A stretch of DNA of 64,000 bases from Octopus vulgaris (lineage: Eukaryota). The notes below the pieces were generated by a model. That model ran no database searches. It was not told the origin of the DNA and saw nothing but the letters and a program-made list of their open reading frames with translations. Of this stretch, positions 25,151 to 36,285 are shown piece by piece (the first letter of the stretch is position 1; every line of letters begins with the position of its first letter). The position numbers and the translations under genes were made by a program. The stretch is taken from assembly GCA_951406725.2 (NCBI GenBank), contig OX597816.1, forward strand, positions 161,262,001 through 161,326,000. The letters are read 5' to 3'.

Positions 25151-25540
25151 TAAAATAATTTTAACTAACGAGTTTAAAATGTAACAAGTATTTGTTCTGC
25201 TGGAAAGTTTCTTTTGTTTTAATTTTATATCTTAAAGTTTATTCTGTTTTAATTCATATTTTATTTAAATTTTATATTTTCATTTTTCTCGTCACATGTC
25301 AGTATTATTTCTGCTAGGAAGTTTCACAGTTATTACAAATTGGTTGAGCATAACTTTTCTTCCATGGATAGGAAGTTAGTGTATTGTAGAGTTTTATCAT
25401 TTCAGCGACTGAATCTAAAGTTATACTGGGAAGTTATTAAAGTTCTGGAGTTAAGTCCTATCCATGATTGGCTTGCTTTCCTCCTTCAAATGTTCATTGA
25501 ATTATAATACAATTTTGACTTAGCTAAGACTGAGAGTGTT

Positions 25541-25585
25541 TGTCACTGAAGAGACCAATTCATGTTAAAACACTGGTGTCTGATA
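25541..25585 (+). ncRNA. decayed minimal type-I hammerhead motif
   Basis: UGUCA-CUGAAGA-GAC caauucau GUU-AAAAC ACUGGU GUC-UGAUA: helices I-III pair, but the core GAAA is AAAA. Confidence 0.55.
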
Positions 25586-26092
25586 ATCTGCCAGAAACAT
25601 ACTGAGAAAGCTCTGCATTTTTTAAAACAAATCTCTTTTGAGAGGTGTCTTTCATACAAGTCTTATGTCTGCTACCTTTCTACATTTGTATATACATTAT
25701 AAATGTTATATAATTATACGAGTAATACAATATATTTTAGTGAAATTTTGAAAAATAATTGCGAATATTAAGTTCAAAACTCTGATAAAAATGTACAGTT
25801 GACTATTAATACTAGGCCCAATGAATTCTTCACTCACAATTACTAGTTTGTATCTAAAATAGAAACAATTATTATTATCGTAATCCAACCAGCCCCACCA
25901 CAATCATCACTGCCATCATTATCGTGATATTGCCTTTAATATCATTATATCAACAACAGTGTTGATATTAATATCAGTGTCACTGATGAATGCTACTCCA
26001 TCACAATCACCAACAAAAACGATTGAAGTAATAAACAGGAACTTGAAAATTTGGTAACTCTGCTTGCTTCTCTGGCAGCTCTTTTTCCTCAG

Positions 26093-26125
26093 GCAAGAAG
26101 TCGGTTTCATAAAGGAAAGGAAATG
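26093..26125 (+). CDS. candidate 33-nt microexon
   Basis: Long pyrimidine tract with TGC motifs, TTTTTCCTCAG acceptor, ATG|GTAATT donor, 3n length; open in phase 0 (ARSRFHKGKEM) and phase 2. Confidence 0.25.
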
Positions 26126-27284
26126 GTAATTTTTTTCAAAATAAGTGAAGTGGCTCCAACTTTGGTTACTGGCGCCGTGTTTGCTTACTTGATTCACTGA
26201 GTAGGTATCATACTGTGCCACATATTCATTCTATGTTCTTAAAATCACTGTTGGAAGAGTCCAGTGTTCCACAAAAGGTTTTAATAACATCCGTCAACTT
26301 ATTGAAATAAGCAAGCAATAAATTAAATTAAGCTTTGAAAATGAGTTTCAACTCGACCTTCTTAATGTCTGTAAAACAGAGATAACAACAGAATAGAATG
26401 TGGATATAATTTAGTAATAGTGATTGTGATAAGATTTCTTGTGTTAGATGTGTCATATATAGCAATGAAATATGGTTATTGCTGTAGGAAGACACACAAA
26501 GATTAGAAGAATCAACTGGATGTTTCCTCAATTGAATATACGAAATTGTCTGTGAATGGATGAATGGAAGATGTTTAGGTTTATGGTGCCTCACTTGGTG
26601 CATGAGTAAGAATTGACTTTGGCGTTCCAAAATGTGATAAAAATGCATTGAATAGATGGAAGTATATTCTTTGAAAGCTGATTTCAGACGTGAGGAATAA
26701 TAGTGGGGAAGGCATTGAACTCAAGTAAAGGATCAGACCTTTGAACTTAATAGACAGATTGACACAAACCAGTTCAGACAAGTGGTAAAAGGATAATATA
26801 CTATACAGGCTTATGGAAGATGAATAAAAATGACTTTGCATGTATTGATGATGACAAAAGGTTCTGTTCTCTGTAATATATTAACATGATGCTGAAGCTT
26901 TTCTAAACTGTTGACTCATCATCTGTGTATTTATCTTCTGAGATTTTCCATATAACTATTATTTGATCACACTGTCTAGATCAGAGTATGTCGATATTTT
27001 GGATTGGTGTAGGCTACTTCAGAGTGGTGGCATAAGCAAGTAACAAGTAAATACAACTTGCAATATATTATCATCATCATTATCATCTTCATTACCATCA
27101 TCATCATCATCATCATCACCATCATCATCATTTTAAAATCTATTTTTCCTGAGTTAGATGGTTTGACAGGAGCTGGTGAGCCAGAGGAGTGTATCATGTT
27201 CCAATGAATGCTTCAGCATAATTTCTACCACTGGATTCCCTTCCTAACACCAAATATATATATATAGTTATGTGTGTGGTGGGG

Positions 27285-27573
27285 GAACATAGCTTAGAGG
27301 TTAGGGTATTGCACTCACGATTGCTAGACTATGATTTCAAATCCTAGACCGAGACATGCATTTTGTTTTGAGCAAAACACTTCCTCCCATGTTATTCTGT
27401 GATCATTTCAACACTTGTCATGTGGTATACCATGCACCTGTTCAGACAATGTTGATTCGATGGAGAGAGTGAGCTAATGTGTAAGCATGAACATTTGATC
27501 ACTATAAACGTATCCTCTGTGAAGTTCGTTCAGTAAAAGCTGAACTCTCATACGACATCTTTGATGGGAGAGT

Positions 27574-27575
<2 letters not shown>
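27285..27575 (+). mobile_element. SINE family D, degenerate
   Basis: tRNA-like head TAGCTTAGAGGTTAGGGTATT...GATTTCAAATCC followed by TTTTGAGCAAAACACTT. Confidence 0.65.
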
Positions 27576-27609
<34 letters not shown>

Positions 27610-27611
<2 letters not shown>

Positions 27612-27844
27612 GTAACCCATTGACTATCACTGGTGTTACGTTCCAAAACTCCCCACGATAGGTGAAAATCCGTGAAGTAGAAACAGTACTGTACTGTATA
27701 ATTTTTCTATTGTTTTTATAATTTGTGTAAATTTTTTTTTTATTATAAATGCAAAACAACACCACAGCAGAATCGATGCAAGCTTAAATAATAAACCGCA
27801 ATGGGTGAACCACGATAAATGAACCGCGATATGGTGAGGGATTA

Positions 27845-27847
<3 letters not shown>
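27610..27847. mobile_element. pogo/Tigger-like MITE inserted in (TA)n
   Basis: Ends CAGTAACCCATTGACTATC / GATATGGTGAGGGATTACTG followed by TA; subterminal CCGCGATA-like motifs. Confidence 0.7.
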
Positions 27848-27905
<58 letters not shown>

Positions 27906-27907
27906 CT

Positions 27908-28275
27908 ATCATCATCATCATCATCATCATCATTTAACATCTGTTTTCCATGCTAGCATGGGGTAGATGGTTTAACAGAGGACTGGCAAGCCAGTAGGCT
28001 GCACCAGTCTCCACTCTGATCTAGCAAGGTTTCTACAGTTGGATGCCCTTGCTAATGCCAACCACTCCGAGAGTGCAGTGGGTGTTTTTACATGCCACCA
28101 GCACAGGAATCAGTCAGACGGCACTGGCATCAACCACGCTTGAAAGGTGTTTTTTTACATGCTAGTCAGGCGACACTGGCATTGACTATGCTCAAATGAT
28201 GCTTTTTATGTGCCACTGGCATGGGAGCCTGTTGGCCAGTACTGACATCGACCACACTTGAATGGTGCTTTTTCA
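27908..28275 (-). mobile_element. SINE-like family A
   Basis: (CAT)n tail, family A body and repeated internal units. Confidence 0.85.
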
Positions 28276-28384
28276 ACAAATAGTTGAAAAGTAGGACAAG
28301 AACTATTGGCAAGGTCTCACTGAAGAGATTAAATCAGTCTTAAATAATTTGCTGTGTGATTTAAATTATGCAATAATAATAATA

Positions 28385-28600
28385 ATTTCAAATTTTGCCA
28401 CAAGGGTAGCTTGGGAGAGGGGGTTAAGTTGATTACATCGCCCCCCTCAGTGCTCAACTGGTACTTATTTTATCAACCCCAAAATAATGGAAGGCAAAGT
28501 TGACGTTGACAGAATTTGAATGCAGAATGTAAAGATGGACGAAATGCTCGCTAAGCATTTTGCTGGGCGTGCTAATGATTCTGTCAACTTGCTGACTTCC
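28385..28600 (-). mobile_element. SINE family C
   Basis: TTTCAAATTTTGCCACAAGG...GGCAAAGTTGAC...GCTAAGCATTTTGC. Confidence 0.8.
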
Positions 28601-29959
28601 TACTACTACTACTACTACTTATAATAATAATAATAATGATGATGATAATAACTGAAAGCATTACACGAAAGTTAATTTTTGTTATATCAAACTTGTTAGA
28701 AAATGCACTAAGTAATTATTTTATGGCTCTCAAGGTTCCTGCTCAGCTCTGTTTTCTCTGGGAATAAATGAATAAATGTTGTTATGGTAAAGATGCTAAT
28801 CCATCTCTGGTAACTCCACACCACCTAAAACATTAATATCTCAATAGTTTTGTAAGCTGACACTATGGTAAAATAAATATATTGCTTTAAAACAATACTT
28901 GTAATAGATTAAAACCTAACACCTCTAGTCTAATATGTTTTTCATTTGGTCATTTTACCCTGGTTGAACTATAGAATATTCCAGTTTTGTATTTGTTTTT
29001 CAAGATTTTTGATGTGAAATCATGTCTTGAAATTAATGTTGTTATACATTGGGAGGAATTTACTGCCAATAAAGCACATGCACTCTTCTTATTTCACTGT
29101 ATATTTTTACTATTGAATTAAATAATTAACCAATTGTTCAATTCATTAATTATCTAATTAAATGGTGATAAAAACTGAAATGAAGCATGAACAATGTGTG
29201 TGCTTTTATTGGCAGTATGACCCCACCAAAATACAACAATATGAACAATTGAATAGTTATCTTGAACGATAATTAAACCATAACCTAGAACTGTCGTTAA
29301 TTTTGTGAAATACTTTACTGTTTCCCCAGTTATCCTTCAGTGAGTAACATAAGTGTACACAGAGGTACCCAGTATTACTATTCCTGATGAAAATTGTTGG
29401 TAATTTAAAATTTTAGCATTAGAACAAAGCAAATTTTTTTATATTTTAATTGCATTAATTTTGTTAACATGTTTACATTTGCCATTAATTTACCTGCAAG
29501 GGTCTCATAGCTATCAGCTTGTCATTTGTTCCACGAAATAAAAACCTCAATATTACCAAATTGTAAACATTCATCTACAGATAATGAAAGAAACATAACT
29601 AAAAGACAAATTAATTTGGTAGTTTCATCTTGTAAAAGACTGAAGGCCTTCTTTGTGTATTTACAAATTAGGAAATGTAGTGTAGTTTTTGTTTTCTTTT
29701 TCCTTTTCTTTTCGTTCCCTATTTTTATTTTTTAATCTTGGCACTTGTTTATTAGCCAATCAAGTTGTATTGACAATTTCTGTGAGTCATTGTATGTCAC
29801 AACATTATTGATTAGTGTGTCTGTGTGCTATTCCATCGCCACAACTAACCACCAAATTACTGTTGCTAATTCAACTTAACATTTTCTTCTTGCTAACTGC
29901 ATCTTTATCATAGGCCCCATTAGCATTTGCTTCAATTTGAACTTCTTGTTTTCTTTCTT

Positions 29960-30157
29960 TCTTTCTTTTATTCTTTTATTTGTTTCAGTCATTTGACTGC
30001 GGCCATGCTGGAGTACCGCCTTTTTAGTCGAACAAATCGACCCCAGAGCTTATTCTATTGGCCTCTTTTGCCGAACTGCTAAGTTACGGGGACGTAAACA
30101 CACCAACATCGGTTGTCAAGCGATGGTGGGGGGACAAACACACACACACGCCCCCTC

Positions 30158-30197
<40 letters not shown>

Positions 30198-30357
30198 CAG
30201 GCTTCTTTCAGTTTCTGTCTACCAAATCCACTCACAAAGCTTTGGTCGGCCCAAAGCTATAGTAGAAGACACTGGCCCAAAGTGCCATGCAGTGGGACTG
30301 AACCCGGAACCATGTGGTTGGTAAGCAAGCTACTTACCACACAGCCACTCCTGCACC
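29960..30357 (-). mobile_element. SINE family B, full length
   Basis: Head GGTGCAGGAGTGGCTGTGTGGTAAG (A box) and GGTTCAGTCC (B box), internal (TA)n/(TG)n, tail GACTGAAACAAATAAAAAG. Confidence 0.92.
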
Positions 30358-30583
30358 TAATAATGAAGGAAACATAACTAAGAGACAAATTAATTTGGTA
30401 GTTTCATCTTGTAAAAGACTGAAGGCCTTCTTTTTGTATTTACAAATTAGCAAATGTAGTTTCTGTTTTCCTTCTTGTTAATATCTTATTAAGGATGGCA
30501 AATGCCTTAACAAATAAGATAAACTTTCAGTGATCCAAGTCTACAATGTAGTTTCAATTCCCAGTTGAAACCATTTCTTTGAC

Positions 30584-30614
<31 letters not shown>

Positions 30615-31042
30615 CATGCGTGTGCACACACACACACACATTAGTGTGGTAAGGCTTTAACAAGTAAACTAGCACTTGCTAAAGAGTAAAGATAATATTA
30701 TAATGAAAGCCACAAGGCTTGTGGTTTTCATTATAACATAATATATATAGTAACATTTTTTTGCCACTATAACATGGCTGTTCTATACAGAACTGTGATA
30801 CTACATTTTAACTCCAGGAAAACATCTTTTCCAGCTGGTTCACGACACACAACTTGTATCTGATATATTGTGAGTAAGGGAGCGAATCACTCCCCTTCAG
30901 CTTGGCAGGACCAGTAGGCCATGGTTTCTGGGTTGTTACCCGTTATAGGTACTGGATACCTGTCTGCTAGAGATGGCAGTCAATCGTCGCTACTCAGAAT
31001 ATATAAAGAGAGAAGCAGTAGACAACTGCTGATCTCGTAATA

Positions 31043-31140
31043 AGCAAAGTTGCAAAACATGAAGCAAAAGTTACTAAACATGAAGCAAAAGTTGCTAAAC
31101 ATGAAGCAAAAGTAGCAAAACATGAAGCAAAGCTGGCAAA
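31043..31140 (+). repeat. 21-bp minisatellite (~4.5 copies) encoding heptad AKVAKHE
   Basis: GCAAAAGTTGCTAAACATGAA units; frame 31022-31144 is open. Confidence 0.85.
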
Positions 31141-31322
31141 CTGAATCTTCAATTTGTTCCATTTGCTAAAAGGTTTGCAAGGCACCAGCAGTCATCAAAA
31201 GTCACATTCGGGTCAATAGAGCATGATTACCACTTTATTTTACTGAATCCTCATTTGTCATTCATGACAAGAGAGCCCATCATATATACATATATATATA
31301 CACACACACACGCATATATATA

Positions 31323-31770
31323 CATCATCATCATCATCATCGTCGTCGTTTAACGTCCTCTTTCCATGCTGGCATGGGTTGGACGGTTTGACTGAGAGGG
31401 CTGGCAAGCCAGAAGGCTGCACCAGGCTCCAATCTGATCTGGCAAAATTTCTACAGCTGGATGCCCTTCCTAATGCCGACCACTCTGAGAGTGTAGTGGG
31501 TGCTTTTTATGTGCCACCAGCATGAGGACCAGTCAGGTGGTACAGCCATTGACTGCACTCGAATGGTGCTTTTTACATGCCACTGGCACAGGACCAGTCA
31601 ACCAACACTGGCATTGACCATGCTCGAATGGTGCTTTTTATGTGCCAATCAGGTGATACTGTCATCAGCTATGACAATTGACTTCACTTGCCTCAACAGG
31701 TCTTCACAAGTGCTGGTTATGCTGTACTGGCATTGGCCACAGTTATGGTCTCACTTGGCTTGCCAGGTCT
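31323..31770 (-). mobile_element. SINE-like family A, long copy
   Basis: (CAT)n-CGTTTAACGTCC...GGATGCCCTTCCTAATGCC and internal units. Confidence 0.88.
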
Positions 31771-31838
31771 TTTCAAGCACAGCATATTTCAAGCACAGCA
31801 TATTTCAAGCACAGCATATTTCAAGCACAGCAAAATTT
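31771..31838. repeat. 16-bp tandem repeat TTTCAAGCACAGCATA x4
   Basis: Directly visible. Confidence 0.9.
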
Positions 31839-32134
31839 ACTGATATAAATTTTGCTAAAAATGGTTTATCAATTCTATGTTGGAAATCTATATGGTCATC
31901 TGCATCTGAAGAGAGTGGTTTCTTTCAAATTGATGTAATGCTTTCATTGGTCAGTTAAATGGAGCTGCTTGAAACAGCTGTAATGCACTGATACCTGGAC
32001 GTCCTTGTTATTTATTTGCTTTCTATATACAAATATATATATATGGTGCTGCTCTCCAGCTTGCCAGCTCTGGTTAAACTTTCCAACCTATTGTCAGTAT
32101 GGAAAACAGACATTAAAAGATGATATATGTATAT

Positions 32135-32434
32135 ATGCAACTAATATCCTTGAGAATAATGAACACAACAAGCTCTTGGTCCCTTCCTCTTTATGTTCAT
32201 GAATAAGTGGCTACTGATGAGTCAATATATGCTCTTTCTACTTGTAACAATTTTTAAAAAATGTTCCGTAACACAGTCATTGTGGAAAGAAGTTTTTATA
32301 TTGCATGTAACCACTTTCATTATTCAACTTCTCAAAACTGGGCTTATTCATATGTATTATCACAACTGTCTGATGAAAGATCACATGAAACTCTGAGTAA
32401 CAGTTTGTGAGTTCCTCTTCAACTTTCATAAAAT

Positions 32435-32435
<1 letters not shown>
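32135..32435 (+). mobile_element. Penelope-like element 3' remnant
   Basis: Degenerate C-terminal peptide (...MNKWLL) resembling PLE GIY-YIG ends, followed by a hammerhead motif and a (TG)n/(TA)n insertion site. Confidence 0.5.
32360..32410 (+). ncRNA. minimal type-I hammerhead ribozyme motif (core intact)
   Basis: UCACAACUGU-CUGAUGA-AAGAUCACAU-GAAA-CUCUGAG-UA-ACAGUUUGUGA: helix I 10 bp with one bulge, palindromic ACUC-U-GAGU helix III, GUA cleavage triplet; helix II weak. Confidence 0.7.
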
Positions 32436-32490
<55 letters not shown>

Positions 32491-33281
32491 CATACATGCG
32501 AACACACACACATTGTTATATTATCTGAAGTGAATGAAACACTGTAGAGTAGTGAGGAGTCTAATCTTAAGAGTACAAAACAATGTACAAACAAGATGTG
32601 GTTGTGTGATCCATCTGGGAAAGCAATATCTACAAATAACCACAGACACGACCATGACAAATTGTCCAGCCCATGCCAGCCTGTAAAGCAGACATAAAAT
32701 GATGATGATGGTTATGATTCTGGTGGTTATATGATGATATATAATGAGCAAATAAACTATAGATAATAGATATATGAATTTCCCAATACTAAAATTGATT
32801 AATCTTTCGGAAGTGTAGTTCACTTCACAAATGAAAATATACATAATTTTGTTCAGACTCCCAATAGAATCACCTCTGTTTCTGCAAGCTGTCAAATCTT
32901 TCAGTGTCGGGATGTTTGTGTGTCTATTCTCTCAAGATTATTTACTCTGTCAAGATAATTAACTCGGTCATTTTCTTCGTAGTATTCATGTTTTGAATTC
33001 ACTTGTTAAATTTTATCCCCAAATTGTAATTCAATAATCACAACAATAAGTTAATAATTTAAATTCTTTAATTCTTGGCAGCACAATGCTTGATTTCTTT
33101 TGTAATTAGATTTTCACTTAGACTGATCTCCTATCACATTCTGCTGTAAATCAATTTTTTTTTTATCTTGTTTTGTTTAAAATTAAAAAAATTGCAACAT
33201 GCTTCTACTACCCATTGTAGAAATGTGTCTGATGTTACTTGTATCTCTTTCTCTTTCTCTTTCTCCATATATGTATGTATA

Positions 33282-33340
<59 letters not shown>

Positions 33341-33519
33341 TTATGTATGTGTGCATATGGATGGATGGGTGAATGGATATGTATTGCAGTATTTTTGATT
33401 CGTATTCTAAGCTTTCCTCTAAAAAAAACATCAACTTATTCTAGCTGTAAGATTTCTCTCCTTGCAAAAATAAAGTGCTTTGTTAGCAGCCCAAATATAT
33501 ATATATATGATGAAGACCT

Positions 33520-33978
33520 TTGGCGATAAGCTGTGTTTGAGAAGACCCATCAAGCCAAGTGAGATCATAGTTGTGGCTGATGCCAGTGTCATATAACTGG
33601 CTTGTTTAAAAGCACCCTTCAATCATTGGGTGATATGGAGTACTTGTGATGACCTGTTGAACTGAGTGAAATTGTAGTCATGGCTGATGCCAGTGCCATC
33701 TGACTGGCACCCATACTGGTAACATGTAAAAAACCACCATTCAAGCATGGCTGATGCCAGTGCCACCTGACTGGCTCCCATGCCAGTGGCACATAAAAAG
33801 CACCTACTACACTCTCTGAGTGGTTGGTGTTAGGAAGGGCATCCAGCTGTAGAAACCTTGCCAAATCAGATTGGAGCCTGGTGCAGCCTCTCGGCTTGCC
33901 AGTTGTCAGTCAAATCATCCAACTCATGGCAGGATGGAAAGCAGGCGTTAAATGATGATAACGATGATGATGATGATG
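33520..33978 (+). mobile_element. SINE-like family A, long copy
   Basis: Internal units, then GGTGTTAGGAAGGGCATCCAGCTGTAGAAACC and (GAT)n tail. Confidence 0.88.
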
Positions 33979-34345
33979 AAGGCATACAGTGTGCCAGGAT
34001 TTTGCTGGGCAGCATTTCTCAAGCTTTTTATTGGAATAACCTTCTCCCTAGGACTTGCTTTAGTAAGAGCTCAGGAAGTGCTTTACTTGCGGTGGTCTTA
34101 CAATGTGCTGGAGACCAAATTAAATTTTCCAAGTTTGTATGCTGTAAGCAGATGGTAATTGGCCCTTCAGTGGGTCCATCTATCCCTTTGACAGGTATTG
34201 TTTTAGTCTTTCTGGGTTTCTGGTGTCACTCCTCACCAGATTGAAGCTGGGGATGGGTGCAGATAACCTGACTATGCAACATTACACTGGCTTACTTGTT
34301 GCCAGCAGTGCTCTCAAGCAACCTGACATCATCGCCATCATCTTC

Positions 34346-34381
<36 letters not shown>

Positions 34382-34636
34382 TTCATTTAGTGTCCTCTTT
34401 TCTATACTAACATGGGGCCAGACAGAATTTGTGGGGGAAGATTTTCTACACCTATTTTCAAGCAAGGTAATATTTCTCCTTGGCAAAGAAAACTGGAAAT
34501 GAATAATCTCACTTGTATTATTGTTGTTGTTGTTGTTATTATTATTATTATTATGGTATTGATGATGATGATTTTACAATCATCACATGTCTAGACAAGA
34601 GCACATTCAAGTGTATGTGTGTTGCATGTGTGTGTT

Positions 34637-34705
<69 letters not shown>

Positions 34706-35144
34706 ATATATTTGCACAAACTCATCCACACAATAGCCTGTCTTGTTTCCCAGCTGGAATTGCTTTATTTTAAGTCATTAATATCCTTTGAAAAAAAAAA
34801 AGCAAAAAGCAAAAAAAAAAAAAAACCCCCACAAACATTGCATGGTTCTATTTTCCCATCTATAGACTTTTTAAGCTTTATACTGACATTAATAAAACAA
34901 AAACAAAAAAACCCATTGTCTATCATAAATCAATGCAATAACACTGCAGAGAGGTATTAATAGATAAAGTCCTCAATTATGCTATAGTTCCTCATCAAAT
35001 GTCCTTCAGTTCAGTTCTTTTGTATCATAAAAGCTCAAAGCAAAGACATAAGTGTCACAACTTCCAATTATTCTCCTCCGAAATGCAAAACTTCTTTCTT
35101 ACAAATTTATTACTAAATGACCCAAGTGAAAGATCTACTATGTG

Positions 35145-35520
35145 TTTTTGCTTGTTTCAGTCATTGGATTGCAGCCATGCTGGAGCACTCACTACCTTTG
35201 AAGAATTTTTAGTCAGATGAATCAAACCCAGTAATTATTTTTGTTAAGCCTGATACGTATTCTGTTGATCTCTTTTACCGAACTGCTAAGCTACAGGGAC
35301 ATACACATAGCAACAATGGATACCAATTGGTGGTGGGTGACTGACACACACACACATGCAAACACACACACACTCTTGATGAACTCCTTTCAGTTTCCAT
35401 CTTGATTCACAAGGTTTTGGTCAGCCCAAAGAGTACAGAAGAAGACATTTGCCCAAGGTGGAATTGAACCTGTAATCATCTGGTTGGGAAGCAAACTTCT
35501 TACCACACAGCCATGCCAGC
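35145..35520 (-). mobile_element. SINE family B, older copy
   Basis: GTTTCAGTCATTGGATTGCAGCCATGCTGGAGCAC...TTACCACACAGCCATG. Confidence 0.8.
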
Positions 35521-35989
35521 GCTTATGTATAGTCATTTCACTTGCTCAAAATAACAGCAAATTCTCTCTCAATAAATCCATTAACATCTTAAAACAAGGA
35601 TCCCCAGATTTTAGTGCAACACATCACCGTTAAGCTAGGCTGTTCAGAGTTGAAACTGCAATTAAATAACAGAAGATCAATCCCTTTTAGGTTTATGTAT
35701 GTACATGGATTACTGAACATAACCCTTATTACATATAAGAGAAGGTGAGGAACAAAGATGCAAAAGAACCAAAGAACGCTTGTTAATCATCAGTTTGCAT
35801 CCATTAATTATCAGTTTGTATCCTACTGCAAGTGATGCATTGCACCTGTGGGGAAATACACTTAATTTAATTTGCCTAAGTTTCATGCCTTAATTAAGAA
35901 ATCATTACTACCTTTTAGAAGGAGCCTGTGACAAAGAGCTAGCTGTTGTTTATATATTTGCGTTTATGTGTAAATATATAGAGATATAT

Positions 35990-36205
<216 letters not shown>

Positions 36206-36264
36206 CTCTGAAGCTGTTATTCATATATTGCATTTCAACATTTCTAACGTCTTTGCGTTTACAG

Positions 36265-36285
36265 GATATTATGCAGATAAGGAAA
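36265..36285 (+). CDS. candidate 21-nt microexon
   Basis: CTAAC branch point, TTTGCGTTTACAG acceptor with TGC; donor GTGAAC is weak. Confidence 0.2.

Noticed and set aside
30285-30357. tRNA gene
   Set aside because: A and B boxes are present, but there is no complete cloverleaf and the sequence continues into a multi-copy SINE body.
31043-31140. Regularly spaced repeats resembling a CRISPR array
   Set aside because: Units are contiguous with no unique spacers; this is a minisatellite in eukaryotic DNA.
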